A stretch of DNA of 64,000 nucleotides from an uncultured Actinomycetes bacterium (GTDB taxonomy: Bacteria; Actinomycetota; Actinomycetes; Streptosporangiales; Streptosporangiaceae). Where the stretch lies: the NCBI GenBank assembly GCA_963806335.1, contig CAWDXO010000009.1, positions 165,269-229,268 of the forward strand, read 5' to 3'. Shown in pieces: positions 51,656-61,953 of the stretch (position 1 is its first letter; each line of letters starts with the position of its first letter). The position numbers and the translations under genes were made by a program. The notes under the pieces were generated by a model. That model ran no database searches. It had not been told where the DNA came from and saw only the letters and a program-made list of their open reading frames with translations.

Positions 51656-52333
51656 ATGAACACCACCGTCAAGGACATCATGACCGCCGAGGTCGTGGCG
51701 GTGAAGCGCGGCGCGTCCTTCAAGGAGATGGCCGCCCTGCTGCGCCGGTTCCGGGTGAGCGCCTTGCCCGTCGTCGATGACGACGAGAAGGTGATCGGGG
51801 TCGTCTCCGAGGCCGACCTGCTGGCCCGGGAGGTGCTGACCGGCAGCCACGACAGGATGCCCGGGATGATCGCCGGCCTGCTGCACCACCGGGAGCAGGA
51901 GAAGGCCGCCGGCCTCACTGCGGGCGAGCTGATGACGCACCCGGCGGTGACGGTCCGGCCCGAGGATTCGGTCGAGCAGGCCGCCCGGCTGCTGTACACC
52001 CTCGGGGTGAAACGGCTCCCCGTGATCAATGCGGGCGGCCGCCTCGTCGGCATCGTCAGCCGGACCGACGTACTGGCGGTCTTCGACCGCCCGGACGAGG
52101 AGATCCGCAGGGAGATCACCGATGAGGTGATCTTGCGCGGCTCCCTCGAGGACCCGCGTCAGTTCGCGGTGACCGTCCAGGCCGGCGTCGTGACCCTGGC
52201 GGGAAGCCCGGAAACCGCCGCACTTGGCCACGACATCGTGCGCAGGATCCGGCATGTCCAGGGCGTGGTGGCCGTCCGGGACCACCTCAGTTACCCGGAC
52301 GTTTACCCCATCGTCGCCGGCCCGGTCTTCTGA
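51656..52333 (+). CDS. CBS-pair + BON domain protein (tandem paralogue)
   Basis: ATG 51656. Motifs: VKDIMTAEVVAV...VSALPVVDDDEKVIGVVSEADLL; VKRLPVINAGGRLVGIVSRTDVL; VTVQAGVVTLAG...VQGVVAVRDHL. Confidence 0.85.
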   Translation: MNTTVKDIMTAEVVAVKRGASFKEMAALLRRFRVSALPVVDDDEKVIGVVSEADLLAREVLTGSHDRMPGMIAGLLHHREQEKAAGLTAGELMTHPAVTVRPEDSVEQAARLLYTLGVKRLPVINAGGRLVGIVSRTDVLAVFDRPDEEIRREITDEVILRGSLEDPRQFAVTVQAGVVTLAGSPETAALGHDIVRRIRHVQGVVAVRDHLSYPDVYPIVAGPVF

Positions 52334-52337
52334 CCCG

Positions 52338-54842
52338 ATGGGTAAACAGGCAGACTGGCAGACTGACATGGAAAAGCAGGCCGACCAGGTGTACGCGCTG
52401 CTCGCTGACGGGACCACGGTCGAGATCCGCCCGGCCGGCCCGGATGATTTCGACGCGGTCAAGGCCATGCACGAAGCGATGTCTCCTGACAACGCGTACA
52501 TGCGCTTCTTCAACCTCAGCCGGCTGGCCGCGGCGGCGGAGGCGCGCCGGACCTGCCAGGAGCCCGGCCCCGATCACGGCGCGCTGCTCGCGCTGTGCGG
52601 CGGCGAGGTGGTCGGTGTGGCCAGCTTCTACGTTACCGATAACCCGGCACCGGCCAGCGGCGAGCGTGCGGCGGAGATCGCGTTCGCGGTGGCCGACCAC
52701 ATGCACCACCGGGGGATCGCCACCCTGCTGCTCGAGCACCTGGTCTCGCTGGCCAGGAGCCGCCAGATAACCACGTTCACCGCCGAGACCCTTTCCGAGA
52801 ACAAGCCGATGCAGGACGTGTTCGCGGGCGCGGGGCTGCCCGTCAAGCGTCACTACGCGGACGGGGTCTTCGAGATGACCTTTCCGCTGCCCACCCCGGA
52901 CGCCGGCACCGCACTGGACAGCTACCTGAGTGCCGTGGCCGAACGTGAACGCCGCGCGGAGGCCGCCAGCCTGCGGCACGTATTCGCGCCCGAGTCCGTC
53001 GTGGTGATCGGCGCCAGTCGGCGGCGGGGCAGCGTGGGCCGGGCGATCGTAGACAACATCCGCGCCGGCGGGTACGCCGGCCGGCTCTATACAGTGAACC
53101 CGCACGCCCGGCAGATCGGCGGCGAGCACTGCCTGTCCTCGGTGCTGGACCTGCCCGAGCCCGCCGACCTGGCCGTGATAGCGGTGCCCGCCGCCGCGGT
53201 CCTCGGCGCGGCCGAGCACTGCGGCCAGCGCGGCGTCCGGTCCCTGATCGTGATCACCGCCGGGCTGGGGGTCGCCGGCTGCGCCGATCTGCTCGCGGTG
53301 TGCCGCCGGCACGGCATGCGGCTGGTCGGCCCGGACTGCTTCGGCGTGGCCGTGCCCGGCATCGGCCTCAACGCCACGTTCGCCGAGAACCCGCCCGCAC
53401 CCGGCGTGGCCGGCCTGGTCATGCAGTCCGGTGGCCTGGGGTTCGCGATGGTAGACCAGCTCTCCCGACTCGGCATCGGGATCTCCTCGTTCGCGTCGGT
53501 GGGCGACAAGCTCGACGTGTCAAGCAACGACATGCTGCTGTGGTGGGAGCATGACGGCATCACCAAGGTCGCCGTGCTCTACATCGAGTCGTTCGGCAAT
53601 CCGCGCAAGTTCGGCCGGAACGCTCGCCGGGTGAGCGCGAGCATGCCCGTACTCACCGTGCTGGCCGGCCAGCAGGAGACTCCCCTAATCAGCCGGGAGG
53701 CCCCCCTACTCACCCGGGAAGCAGTGTTCGAGCAGGCCGGCGTGGTCACCGTGCGCGGCTTCGGCGACCTGATCGAGGCCACCGCGCTGCTCGCGACCCA
53801 GCCGGTTCCGGCCGGCTCCACCATCGCCATCGTGTCCAATATCGGCAGCGCCGGCGAGCTGGCCGCCGCGGCTTGCACCGAGCGCGGGCTGAACGTGTAC
53901 GACCCGCACGGCCTGACCAGGCGGCGGCTGCGGGCGCTCGGGTCCGGCCCCGGCGCCGGAACCATCAGTGACACCGGAGCGGTCGACACCACGGCCACGG
54001 TTTCCGGCGAGCGTTTCCGCGCCTGCCTGGAACTGCTGGCGGCGGACGACGACGTGCACGCGATCATCGCGCTCGTCCTGCCGACGGGCGCGACCGGCGA
54101 CCTGGTGACCGCCATCCAGGAAGCGAATGTCAGCGTCCCGCTGGCCGCCGTCGTGCTCAATCAGAGCGAATCCGTCCGGCTGCTGGCCCGGCCGGAGGGG
54201 CACCGGGCGGGCCGGATACCGGCTTACGGTTACCCGGAGGCGGCGGTCGCCGCGGTGGCCCGGGCCGTCGGTTACGGCGCCTGGCGCGCTGAGCCGCGCG
54301 GCCGGGTGCCCGACTTCCCCGATATCAGGGCCGCGGACGCTCGCACGCTGGCCCGCGAGTTCCTCCGCCACGCGCCGCAGGGCGGCTGGCTGCCGCCCGG
54401 TAAGACGGCCGAGCTGCTGTCCTGCTACGGAATAGCGGTGGGTGCCGCCGCACCGGACGGCACCGAGGTGATCGTCACGGTAGCCGCGGACCAGACGTTC
54501 GGCCCGCTGGTGGTGTTCGGGCTCGGCGGCGCGGGGACTGAGGTGTTCGCCGACCGCGCGGCCCGGCTCACGCCGGTGACCGACACCGACGCGGACAAGC
54601 TGATCCGGTCCATCCGCTCCGCGCCGCTGCTGCTCGGCCGGGGCGGCCGTGCCGCCGCGGACCTGGACGAGCTGCGCGACCTGCTGATGCGGGTCTCGCG
54701 GCTCGCCGACGACCTAGCCGAAGTCGCCGACCTCGAGCTCAGCCCGGTCATCGCCGGGCCGACCGGGGTCGTGGCCAGGCGAGCGCGGATCCGGCTGGCC
54801 CCGTATGAGCCCAAGGACCCGTTCCTGCGACGATTGCGCTGA
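52338..54842 (+). CDS. GNAT acetyltransferase fused to an NDP-forming acyl-CoA-synthetase-like module (Pat-type protein acetyltransferase, GNAT-first order)
   Basis: The N-terminal GNAT part carries [13 protein letters not shown]. It is followed by a CoA-binding part ([17 protein letters not shown]), a ligase-CoA part and an ATP-grasp-like part. The start is ATG 52338 or ATG 52368. Confidence 0.75.
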   Translation: MGKQADWQTDMEKQADQVYALLADGTTVEIRPAGPDDFDAVKAMHEAMSPDNAYMRFFNLSRLAAAAEARRTCQEPGPDHGALLALCGGEVVGVASFYVTDNPAPASGERAAEIAFAVADHMHHRGIATLLLEHLVSLARSRQITTFTAETLSENKPMQDVFAGAGLPVKRHYADGVFEMTFPLPTPDAGTALDSYLSAVAERERRAEAASLRHVFAPESVVVIGASRRRGSVGRAIVDNIRAGGYAGRLYTVNPHARQIGGEHCLSSVLDLPEPADLAVIAVPAAAVLGAAEHCGQRGVRSLIVITAGLGVAGCADLLAVCRRHGMRLVGPDCFGVAVPGIGLNATFAENPPAPGVAGLVMQSGGLGFAMVDQLSRLGIGISSFASVGDKLDVSSNDMLLWWEHDGITKVAVLYIESFGNPRKFGRNARRVSASMPVLTVLAGQQETPLISREAPLLTREAVFEQAGVVTVRGFGDLIEATALLATQPVPAGSTIAIVSNIGSAGELAAAACTERGLNVYDPHGLTRRRLRALGSGPGAGTISDTGAVDTTATVSGERFRACLELLAADDDVHAIIALVLPTGATGDLVTAIQEANVSVPLAAVVLNQSESVRLLARPEGHRAGRIPAYGYPEAAVAAVARAVGYGAWRAEPRGRVPDFPDIRAADARTLAREFLRHAPQGGWLPPGKTAELLSCYGIAVGAAAPDGTEVIVTVAADQTFGPLVVFGLGGAGTEVFADRAARLTPVTDTDADKLIRSIRSAPLLLGRGGRAAADLDELRDLLMRVSRLADDLAEVADLELSPVIAGPTGVVARRARIRLAPYEPKDPFLRRLR

Positions 54843-57265
54843 TGGTAACGGGGGCAAGCACCGCTGCCCGTTCGGACAAAAAAGGGGTCTATGTGTCTGT
54901 GACGGAGACTGTGCCCGGGCCGTTGACGGCCAGTGAGCTTGACGCGCTCGACGGGTGGTGGCGCGCGGCGAATTACCTGTCGGTGGGGCAGATCTACCTA
55001 ATGGATAATCCGCTGCTGGCCGAGCCACTGCGGCCCGAGCACGTCAAGCCGCGGCTGCTGGGGCACTGGGGGACGACGCCGGGGCTGAACCTGATTTACG
55101 CGCACCTGAACCGGGTGATCAGGAACTCCGACCTGGACGTGATCTACGTGGCGGGTCCGGGGCACGGCGGTCCCGGGATGGTGGCGAATACGTACCTGGA
55201 GGGGACGTATACCGAGCGCTACTCACGGATTACCCAGGACACGGCGGGGATGGCCCGGCTATTCCGGCAGTTCTCCTTTCCCGGCGGGATCCCCTCGCAC
55301 GTGGCGCCGGAGACGCCCGGGTCGATCCATGAGGGCGGTGAGCTTGGCTACTCGCTGGCGCACGCGTACGGGGCGGCGTTCGATAACCCGGACCTGATCG
55401 TGGCGTGCGTGATCGGCGACGGGGAGGCCGAGACCGGGCCGCTGGCGGGCAGCTGGCATGCGAACAAGTTCCTGGACCCGGCCAGCGACGGCGCCGTGCT
55501 GCCAATCCTGCACCTGAACGGGTACAAGATCGCGAACCCGACGGTGCTGGCCCGGATCCCGGCCGGGGAGCTCGATTCGCTCCTAACCGGCTACGGGTAC
55601 CGGGTGTACACGGTGGAGGGTAATGACCCGGCGCGGGTGCACCAGCAGCTCGCCGCCACCATGGACACGGTCATCGCCGAGATTCATGCCATCCAGCGCC
55701 GGGCCCGCGTGGACGGGGACGTGACCCGACCGGCGTGGCCGGTCATCGTGCTGCGGACGCCGAAGGGGTGGACCGGTCCCAAGGTGGTGGACGGGCTGCC
55801 GGTGGAGGGGACATGGCGGGCGCACCAGGTCCCGATCGACGCGGCCCGGACGAACCCGGAGCACCTGACCCAGCTGGAGTCCTGGCTGCGGTCCTACCGC
55901 GCCGAGGAACTCTTCGATGCCTCCGGGGCGCTGGTCCCCGAGCTGGCCAGGCTAGCGCCACACGGGGAGCGGCGGATGAGCGCCAACCCGCACGCGAACG
56001 GCGGGGTGCTGCTGCGGGATCTGGACCTCCCGGATTTCCGTGACTACGCGGTGGCGGTGCCGGCCCCGGGGGCCGGGATGTCCGAGGCGACCCGGGTACT
56101 GGGCCAGTGGCTGCGTGATGTGATCACCCGTAACCCTTCGTCGTTCCGGCTGTTCGGCCCGGATGAGACGGCTTCCAATCGGCTGGACGCGGCGTTCGAG
56201 GTGACGAACCGGGCATTCGAGGGCGAGATCATCGATGGCGACAACCACCTCGCCCCCGACGGGCGGGTGGTGGAGGTGTTGTCGGAGCATCTGTGCCAGG
56301 GCTGGCTGGAGGGATACACGCTGACCGGGCGGCACGGGCTGTTCAACTGCTACGAGGCGTTCATCCACATCATCGACTCCATGTTCAACCAGCACGCCAA
56401 GTGGCTGAAGGTCACCCGCGGTATCGGCTGGCGGGCGCCGGTGGCCTCGCTGAACTACCTGCTGTCCTCGCTGGTCTGGCGGCAAGACCACAACGGGTTC
56501 AGCCACCAGGACCCTGGCTTCATTGACCACGTGGTGAACAAGAAAGCCGAGGTCATCCGCGTCTACCTGCCGCCTGACACCAACACCCTGCTCTCGGTCG
56601 GCGATCACTGCCTGCGCTCGCGGCAGTACGTCAACGTCATCGTGGCCGGAAAGCAGCCGCAGTGGAACTGGCTCGGCATGGACGAGGCGATCATCCACTG
56701 CTCCCGCGGGGCCGGGATCTGGGAATGGGCCAGCAACGACTCTCCCGGCGAGCCGGACGTGGTGATGGCCTGCTGCGGGGAGACTCCCACGCTGGAGACC
56801 ATGGCCGCGGTGTCGCTGCTGCGTGAGCACCTGCCGGAGCTGAAGGTGCGGGTGGTCAATGTGGTTGACCTGATGCGGCTTGAGCCCGAGACCGAGCACC
56901 CGCACGGCATGTCGGACGCGGAGTTCGACGCCCTGTTCACCACCGGCCGGCCGGTGATCTTCGCGTACCACGGTTACCCCTGGCTGATCCACCGGCTGAC
57001 CTACCGCCGGCACGGTCACGACAACCTGCACGTCCGCGGCTACAAGGAAGAGGGCACCACCACCACCCCGTTCGACATGGTCATGATGAACGATCTGGAC
57101 CGCTTTCACCTGGTCATGGACGTCATCGACCGTGTCCCGGGGCTCGCGTCGGCGGCCGGGCACGTTAGGCAGCTGATGACGGATAAGCGCCTGACGTGCC
57201 GCGCGTATACCCGCGAGCACGGCGAGGACGCTCCCGAGATCACCAACTGGAAGTGGGCGTACTGA
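54842..57265 (+). CDS. xfp: Xylulose-5-phosphate/fructose-6-phosphate phosphoketolase
   Basis: Motifs: [40 protein letters not shown]. The product is about 800 aa. Its ATG overlaps the upstream stop (TGATG); a later GTG start is possible. Confidence 0.9.
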   Translation: MVTGASTAARSDKKGVYVSVTETVPGPLTASELDALDGWWRAANYLSVGQIYLMDNPLLAEPLRPEHVKPRLLGHWGTTPGLNLIYAHLNRVIRNSDLDVIYVAGPGHGGPGMVANTYLEGTYTERYSRITQDTAGMARLFRQFSFPGGIPSHVAPETPGSIHEGGELGYSLAHAYGAAFDNPDLIVACVIGDGEAETGPLAGSWHANKFLDPASDGAVLPILHLNGYKIANPTVLARIPAGELDSLLTGYGYRVYTVEGNDPARVHQQLAATMDTVIAEIHAIQRRARVDGDVTRPAWPVIVLRTPKGWTGPKVVDGLPVEGTWRAHQVPIDAARTNPEHLTQLESWLRSYRAEELFDASGALVPELARLAPHGERRMSANPHANGGVLLRDLDLPDFRDYAVAVPAPGAGMSEATRVLGQWLRDVITRNPSSFRLFGPDETASNRLDAAFEVTNRAFEGEIIDGDNHLAPDGRVVEVLSEHLCQGWLEGYTLTGRHGLFNCYEAFIHIIDSMFNQHAKWLKVTRGIGWRAPVASLNYLLSSLVWRQDHNGFSHQDPGFIDHVVNKKAEVIRVYLPPDTNTLLSVGDHCLRSRQYVNVIVAGKQPQWNWLGMDEAIIHCSRGAGIWEWASNDSPGEPDVVMACCGETPTLETMAAVSLLREHLPELKVRVVNVVDLMRLEPETEHPHGMSDAEFDALFTTGRPVIFAYHGYPWLIHRLTYRRHGHDNLHVRGYKEEGTTTTPFDMVMMNDLDRFHLVMDVIDRVPGLASAAGHVRQLMTDKRLTCRAYTREHGEDAPEITNWKWAY

Positions 57266-57367
57266 CGGCACGATCTCGCCGCGATCCTGATCCGGCGCAC
57301 GCTGACGGCATTCGTCGTGCGGACCGAGGCGGTGTGAGCCGCGGCGCCGCTGGCCGGGCGCCGCCGT

Positions 57368-57592
57368 TCAGAGTTTGGTCAGCTTGGCGCACGGCGTCAT
57401 GATCCGCACCTGACGCGTGCCGAACTCGATGATCAGGGCGGTGTCCCCCTCGACGCCGACGACCCGGCCCAGGCCGTACTTGTCGTGCGTCACCTGGTCC
57501 TGCTCGGCGAACTGCTCCGCAGGCGGGGCGGGCGCGGTCTTGAAGGGACTTGTGGGCAAGTGGCGCCGGGTCCCGGCGCGGGCAGGTTCCAC
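57368..57592 (-). CDS. Small protein with UvrD/PcrA C-terminal Tudor-like (DUF3553-like) motif
   Basis: C-terminal sequence: DQVTHDKYGLGRVVGVEGDTALIIEFGTRQVRIMTPCAKLTKL. The start is unresolved. GTG 57592 is assumed, which overlaps the upstream ORF by about 100 nt. Confidence 0.4.
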   Translation of the reverse strand: MEPARAGTRRHLPTSPFKTAPAPPAEQFAEQDQVTHDKYGLGRVVGVEGDTALIIEFGTRQVRIMTPCAKLTKL

Positions 57593-58071
57593 CCTTTCAG
57601 TATGCGCCCAACGGGCGCTCTCCGCTTGTTTCCGAGGCCTGACCGTAACCATTGGGCCGCTGGCGGCAGCGCGAAGGTGACCGAGGCCCGCGTCCCGCGA
57701 GGGCCGGTCCGCACCTCCATGCGGTCGGCCACCTTCCGTACCACCCACAGGCCATGGCCATCCAGGTAGGGCCACGGATCCGCCTGGGCCTCATCCCCCT
57801 CGCCGCCCTCGACCCGCTGGCCCACCGGGGCGGCCGGGCCGTCGTCCTCGACCTCGCAGCACAATGCTTCAGGCAGGTTCCACATCCGCAGGCGTCCCGC
57901 GCCGGCGCCATGGCGAATGGCGTTAGCCGCCAGTTCGTGCACGACCAGGACCACGTCGATGGCCCGGTCCTCCAGCATCCCGGCCTGACAGGCGTACGCC
58001 TGCACGGCCGCACGCAGCGTGTGCAGCGTGCCGGAGTCGAACGCTAGGTCAAGAGTCTGCGACATGCGCAC
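57490..58071 (-). CDS. Anti-sigma-factor serine kinase (RsbW/SpoIIAB-like HATPase_c_2)
   Basis: Motifs: VVLVVHELAANAIRHG...CEVEDDGP...GHGLWVVRKVADRMEV. The last approximately 55 residues are low-complexity and overlap the next gene. Confidence 0.7.
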   Translation of the reverse strand: MRMSQTLDLAFDSGTLHTLRAAVQAYACQAGMLEDRAIDVVLVVHELAANAIRHGAGAGRLRMWNLPEALCCEVEDDGPAAPVGQRVEGGEGDEAQADPWPYLDGHGLWVVRKVADRMEVRTGPRGTRASVTFALPPAAQWLRSGLGNKRRAPVGRILKGWNLPAPGPGATCPQVPSRPRPPRLRSSSPSRTR

Positions 58072-58362
58072 CTGACGGGGATAAGGAGGCGGGCCCTCCG
58101 CACGACTGGATCGCCGGTGGTGTGTCCGCCCATCAGAATCGCCTCCCGGGCATCCGCAGCGCTCGCCCTGGTCCGCTGGTTAGGCCGATCGCGGCAACCA
58201 CAGGCCAGACCGTCGACAGGAGTCTTCTACCAGCACGGCCGGCTTATAAACTGGCACATCCCGCAACTCCTTTCACGGTCTCGCGCGTCCGCCGACGGCG
58301 TGGTCGCGCGTGTCCAGGTGCACGCAGTCGGCCCGTTCGGAGAAATAAGGGTTTGACCCCGG

Positions 58363-59532
58363 TCAGACGGTGCCGAGCTGGACCTGGATGGTGCCGAGTT
58401 CGACCTGGTCCAGGGCGTGCGCCCAGGTCCGGCCCGGCCAGTGGTACCGGGCGACGCCCTCGGCCGGCCGGTACTCGGCGGTGTACAGGCTGCCGAAACC
58501 CTCGTGGAATCGGGTGGCGTACAGCGGAGCTTTCAGGAATGCCGCGACGACGCCGGGGACAGCGGTCCCCTCGGCGAGCAATTCCTCCACGTACTCCAGT
58601 CGCTCCACGCTGCGGATCGCCGCGACGTAGGGCGCCCATTCCACCTCGCCCTGATGGTTGGTGACCGCGGCCTGGCCGGTGACGCGGGCTGGCCGGTCCG
58701 GGGCGAGGTACACCGTGACCCGCTCGCCGGAGCGGTCGAGGACGGTGACGTTGTAGGACATGTGGACCGGCACCCGGCGCAGCACCTGCTCGGCCTCCGA
58801 CACGGTCCCGCAGACCTCGAGCACGTAGCGGATGACCAGCGGGATCCCGAAGCCCTCGCCGACCACCGGCCGTCCGCCGAACGTCAGCGATACGGCCAGC
58901 CCGGCGTCGTTCACTCCGTCGAGCAGGCCCCACAGGCAGTCGAGCATGCCGAGCACCCGGTGGCCGGCGTAGGCCGTGCTGGCCACGACCCCGTCGAAAA
59001 GACGGTAGTCCCAGTCGTAGTTGCGGATCAGCGCCGGACCGCCTGCCAGCACCGCCGCCTGCGTGCACCCGGTGAGGAACGGCGGCGGGTTCCATAGCGA
59101 GAGCGCGGCACCCGCGTCGGAGTCGCCCGTCTCTGAGCTCTCCGCGATCATGGCGGTCAGCCGCTGCCAGGCCGGGACGAGCTCCGGCATGTGCTCCTCG
59201 AGTCGCGCCCTGGCCTCCGCCGCGGTCGGCCGCGTGTTCGCGCCATCCCGCCACCACTGGCGGAAGGCGGGCCAGGTCGCCGCCAGATGCTCACTGATCC
59301 GGTCGCCTGGCTCGTCTTCGGTGAAGGCCCGCAGGGTGAGGGGAATGCCGCCGGCCCGGGGAGCCTGCTCCCAGGGAACGCCCGGCCACGGTCCCGAACC
59401 CCAGTCTGCCGAGGCGAGGCGCTGCAGCCAGGAGCGCCAGTCCGTCCAGTCGACGTCCTCCACCCACCGCTGCCAGTCCTGCCAGCTCGCCGGGACAGCC
59501 GCCTGGTCCCCGCCATCGCGGTCTTTCGCCAC
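58363..59532 (-). CDS. C45-family (Ntn, acyl-CoA:6-APA acyltransferase-like) hydrolase with a Trp-rich N-terminal region
   Basis: Candidate nucleophile in FLTGCTQAAV, then IRNYDWDY...NDAGLAVSL...MSYNVTVLD. The N-terminus carries WQDWQRWVEDVDWTDWRSW. Confidence 0.55.
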   Translation of the reverse strand: MAKDRDGGDQAAVPASWQDWQRWVEDVDWTDWRSWLQRLASADWGSGPWPGVPWEQAPRAGGIPLTLRAFTEDEPGDRISEHLAATWPAFRQWWRDGANTRPTAAEARARLEEHMPELVPAWQRLTAMIAESSETGDSDAGAALSLWNPPPFLTGCTQAAVLAGGPALIRNYDWDYRLFDGVVASTAYAGHRVLGMLDCLWGLLDGVNDAGLAVSLTFGGRPVVGEGFGIPLVIRYVLEVCGTVSEAEQVLRRVPVHMSYNVTVLDRSGERVTVYLAPDRPARVTGQAAVTNHQGEVEWAPYVAAIRSVERLEYVEELLAEGTAVPGVVAAFLKAPLYATRFHEGFGSLYTAEYRPAEGVARYHWPGRTWAHALDQVELGTIQVQLGTV

Positions 59533-59728
59533 GCGGTCTGCTCCCTTCTGATGCCCGCCGGGCGTCTGATGCCCGCTGGACGCTCGTCGAGGCTACCCGC
59601 CGCTTGCAGCCTAAACCCGGGGGCGCGCTCAGGGGCGGCATGAGTGCCGCCGCGGTTGCAAGTTGGCGGGCTCATGTTTGAGGACTTTGGTGCGGGTAGA
59701 TGGGTGGCCTAACGAAAGGAAATTAGTC

Positions 59729-59818
59729 ATGTATATAGGCATCGGAACCGTCGTGCTCATCGTGATCATCGTGCTGGTCATTCTTATGCTGCGCAGGTTA
59801 TGCCGCGCAGGTGATTAG
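59729..59818 (+). CDS. 29-aa hydrophobic peptide (absent from the ORF track)
   Basis: Product: MYIGIGTVVLIVIIVLVILMLRRLCRAGD. GAAAGGA lies 8 nt upstream of the ATG. The local sequence is low in GC and uses rare codons (ATA, TTA). Confidence 0.45.
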   Translation: MYIGIGTVVLIVIIVLVILMLRRLCRAGD

Positions 59819-59907
59819 TTCGCGCGGGCGTTTCCCTGACGCCCGTTAAGGTCACGCCCAAGCCTCAATCCCCCGGGTAAGCCCGGGGGTGATCTTTTAC
59901 CGCCACC

Positions 59908-61215
59908 ATGGCGGACGAAAGGACACCTCATGGAGGTCAAGGCCGGGTGAACCGCTTTCGTGGAGCCGAGGCGCCTGAGGTATACCGGGAAGCCGAGCTC
60001 TCCCGTGAAACCAGGCTCTCCCGCGAACCTCAGGCGGCCGAGGTCCGGGCTCAGGAGGAGGTCCGGACCCAGGAAAACCCGCCTCAGGGGGAAGATCAGA
60101 GCCAGCAGGGACAAGACCGGATACAGGAGGCGCTCGAGACGGCGGCGGCCGTAGCCGAGGAGACGGGCGGCCTCGGCACACCGGGACGGCCCATCAACCG
60201 GCGTTCCCCCTTCATGATCGGGATGACCGGAGCCTTCGGCGTCGCGGTGACCTACGGCCTGGTCGAACTGCTCGGCCGGGCCAGGTCGGTGCTCATACTC
60301 ATCGGCCTGGGCTTCTTTATCGCCGCGGGCCTGGACCCGGTCGTCGGCTGGCTGGTCCGGCACCGGATACCGCGATGGGCCGCCGTGCTCACCGTCATAG
60401 CTTGCGGCCTCGCGGTCGGGGCGGCGTTTCTCGCCGCCGCGATCCCGCCGCTGACCTCCGAGGCCACCGCGCTCGCGCATCAGATCCCGCACTACATGCA
60501 CAGTTTGCAGGACCGCAATTCGCAGCTGGGCAAGCTCAATATGAGGTACCACCTGCAGCAGCGCCTTTCGAAACTGGTCACCAGCGGGGGAAGCTCCTGG
60601 GTGGGAGGGGTCCTCGGCGCGGGGGCCCTGGTGCTCACCACCGCCTCCTCCATTTTGGCCGTGATTGTGCTCAGCATTTACTTCCTGGCCGGCCTGCCGC
60701 GTATCAAGGTGTTCGCCTACCAGCTCGTACCGCACTCGCGGCGGCCGCGGGCCATCCTGATCGGCGATGAGATCCTCGCCAAGGTCGGCGGGTACGTGCT
60801 GGGCAACTTCATCACCTCGGTGATCGCCGGCCTGGGGACCTTCTTCTGGCTGCTCGCGTTCGGCGTTCCCTATCCGCTCCTGCTGGCCATGTTCGTGGCC
60901 CTGCTCGACCTGATCCCGGTGATCGGGTCAACCATCGGCGGCATCGTGGTGTCCCTCGTCGCGCTGACCGTGTCCCTGCCGGTAGCGCTCGCCACCCTCG
61001 CGTTCTACGTGGCGTACCGGCTCGCCGAGGACTACCTCATCGTGCCGCGGATCATGGGCCGCACCGTTCAGGTGCCGGCCATCGTCAGCCTGGTGGCGGT
61101 GCTGATCGGCGGGGTACTGATGGGCATCATCGGCGCGCTCGTGGCGATTCCGGTCGCCGCCGCCATCCGGTTGCTCCTGCACGAGGTCGCGATCCGCCGG
61201 CTGGACAAGAGCTGA
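59908..61215 (+). CDS. AI-2E family transporter (PerM/UPF0118) with a disordered charged N-terminus
   Basis: About 8 TM helices. Motifs: FFIAAGLDPVVGWL...LLDLIPVIGSTIGG. The start is uncertain. Confidence 0.8.
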   Translation: MADERTPHGGQGRVNRFRGAEAPEVYREAELSRETRLSREPQAAEVRAQEEVRTQENPPQGEDQSQQGQDRIQEALETAAAVAEETGGLGTPGRPINRRSPFMIGMTGAFGVAVTYGLVELLGRARSVLILIGLGFFIAAGLDPVVGWLVRHRIPRWAAVLTVIACGLAVGAAFLAAAIPPLTSEATALAHQIPHYMHSLQDRNSQLGKLNMRYHLQQRLSKLVTSGGSSWVGGVLGAGALVLTTASSILAVIVLSIYFLAGLPRIKVFAYQLVPHSRRPRAILIGDEILAKVGGYVLGNFITSVIAGLGTFFWLLAFGVPYPLLLAMFVALLDLIPVIGSTIGGIVVSLVALTVSLPVALATLAFYVAYRLAEDYLIVPRIMGRTVQVPAIVSLVAVLIGGVLMGIIGALVAIPVAAAIRLLLHEVAIRRLDKS

Positions 61216-61252
61216 GCGTCCGGGGCCCCGGCCGACCGCCGGGCGGTCCGGG

Positions 61253-61351
61253 TCAGGACTCGCGGTTGCGGCGCTGGTCGCTGCGCCTGAGCAGGAACAA
61301 GACCACGACGATGAAGACGAACAGCGCGGCCGCGCCGATGTAGTCAATCAT
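61253..61351 (-). CDS. 32-aa hydrophobic peptide (C-terminal part of a longer track ORF)
   Basis: Product: MIDYIGAAALFVFIVVVLFLLRRSDQRRNRES. GGATGGAGA lies upstream. The design matches the peptide at 59729. Confidence 0.4.
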   Translation of the reverse strand: MIDYIGAAALFVFIVVVLFLLRRSDQRRNRES

Positions 61352-61707
61352 GCCGTTCGTATCTCCATCCTCGGAGCGTAGCAGCAGCTTGGGCCGGGCG
61401 GGTAGCGCGGTCCGAGCACCAGTCACCGGGGCGGCCGGGCCGGCCGGGCCGGCGTAACCGGCCGGGCACGGAGAAGGGCAGGGGGTGGCAGTGGGTGAGC
61501 CGCTTCGTCGCTCAATTCGAGACGCCGGAGGCGCTGCGCGCGCCCAGGTGTGATCCCCAGCGGCCTGAAAGTGATTAGGGCGCCGTACCGCGGGTAGCGC
61601 GGCGGAGGCAGTGGGCGTCCCTGTCTGGGCGGCCACACGGTACCCGAAGAAGCCGGGCCATTAGCCGCGCTCGGCGCGGGGGCGGCTGGCTGGCCCGGAC
61701 AGAAAGG

Positions 61708-61953
61708 ATGCTTAGCATGTGGATGTTTCTTTCCAGGCGGCTGCGGGCTTGGGTGATACTCGCCATCGCCTTGCCGCTGACCCGGCTGTTCGTCCATCGC
61801 CTCGCCAGCGCCGCTGAACGCCGCGATCCGTACACTCGTACGGCCAGAGCGCTTCACCAGGCCGATTCGGCCGTGACCGCGGTGTCCAGGCGCACCTCCC
61901 GCAGGGCGGCACGCTTACCCGGCGAGATGGTGCTGGGTAGGGTGCGGGGGTGA
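61708..61953 (+). CDS. Hypothetical small membrane-associated protein
   Basis: N-terminal hydrophobic helix (LRAWVILAIALPL). Its stop overlaps the GTG start of the next gene (GTGA). Confidence 0.35.
   Translation: MLSMWMFLSRRLRAWVILAIALPLTRLFVHRLASAAERRDPYTRTARALHQADSAVTAVSRRTSRRAARLPGEMVLGRVRG

Noticed and set aside
61352-61707. A 355-nt GC-rich non-coding stretch upstream of 61708, inspected for a riboswitch or other structured RNA.
   Set aside because: I could not recognise any conserved riboswitch core (cobalamin, SAM, TPP or c-di-AMP types) by eye. A covariance-model scan would be needed, so no call is made.
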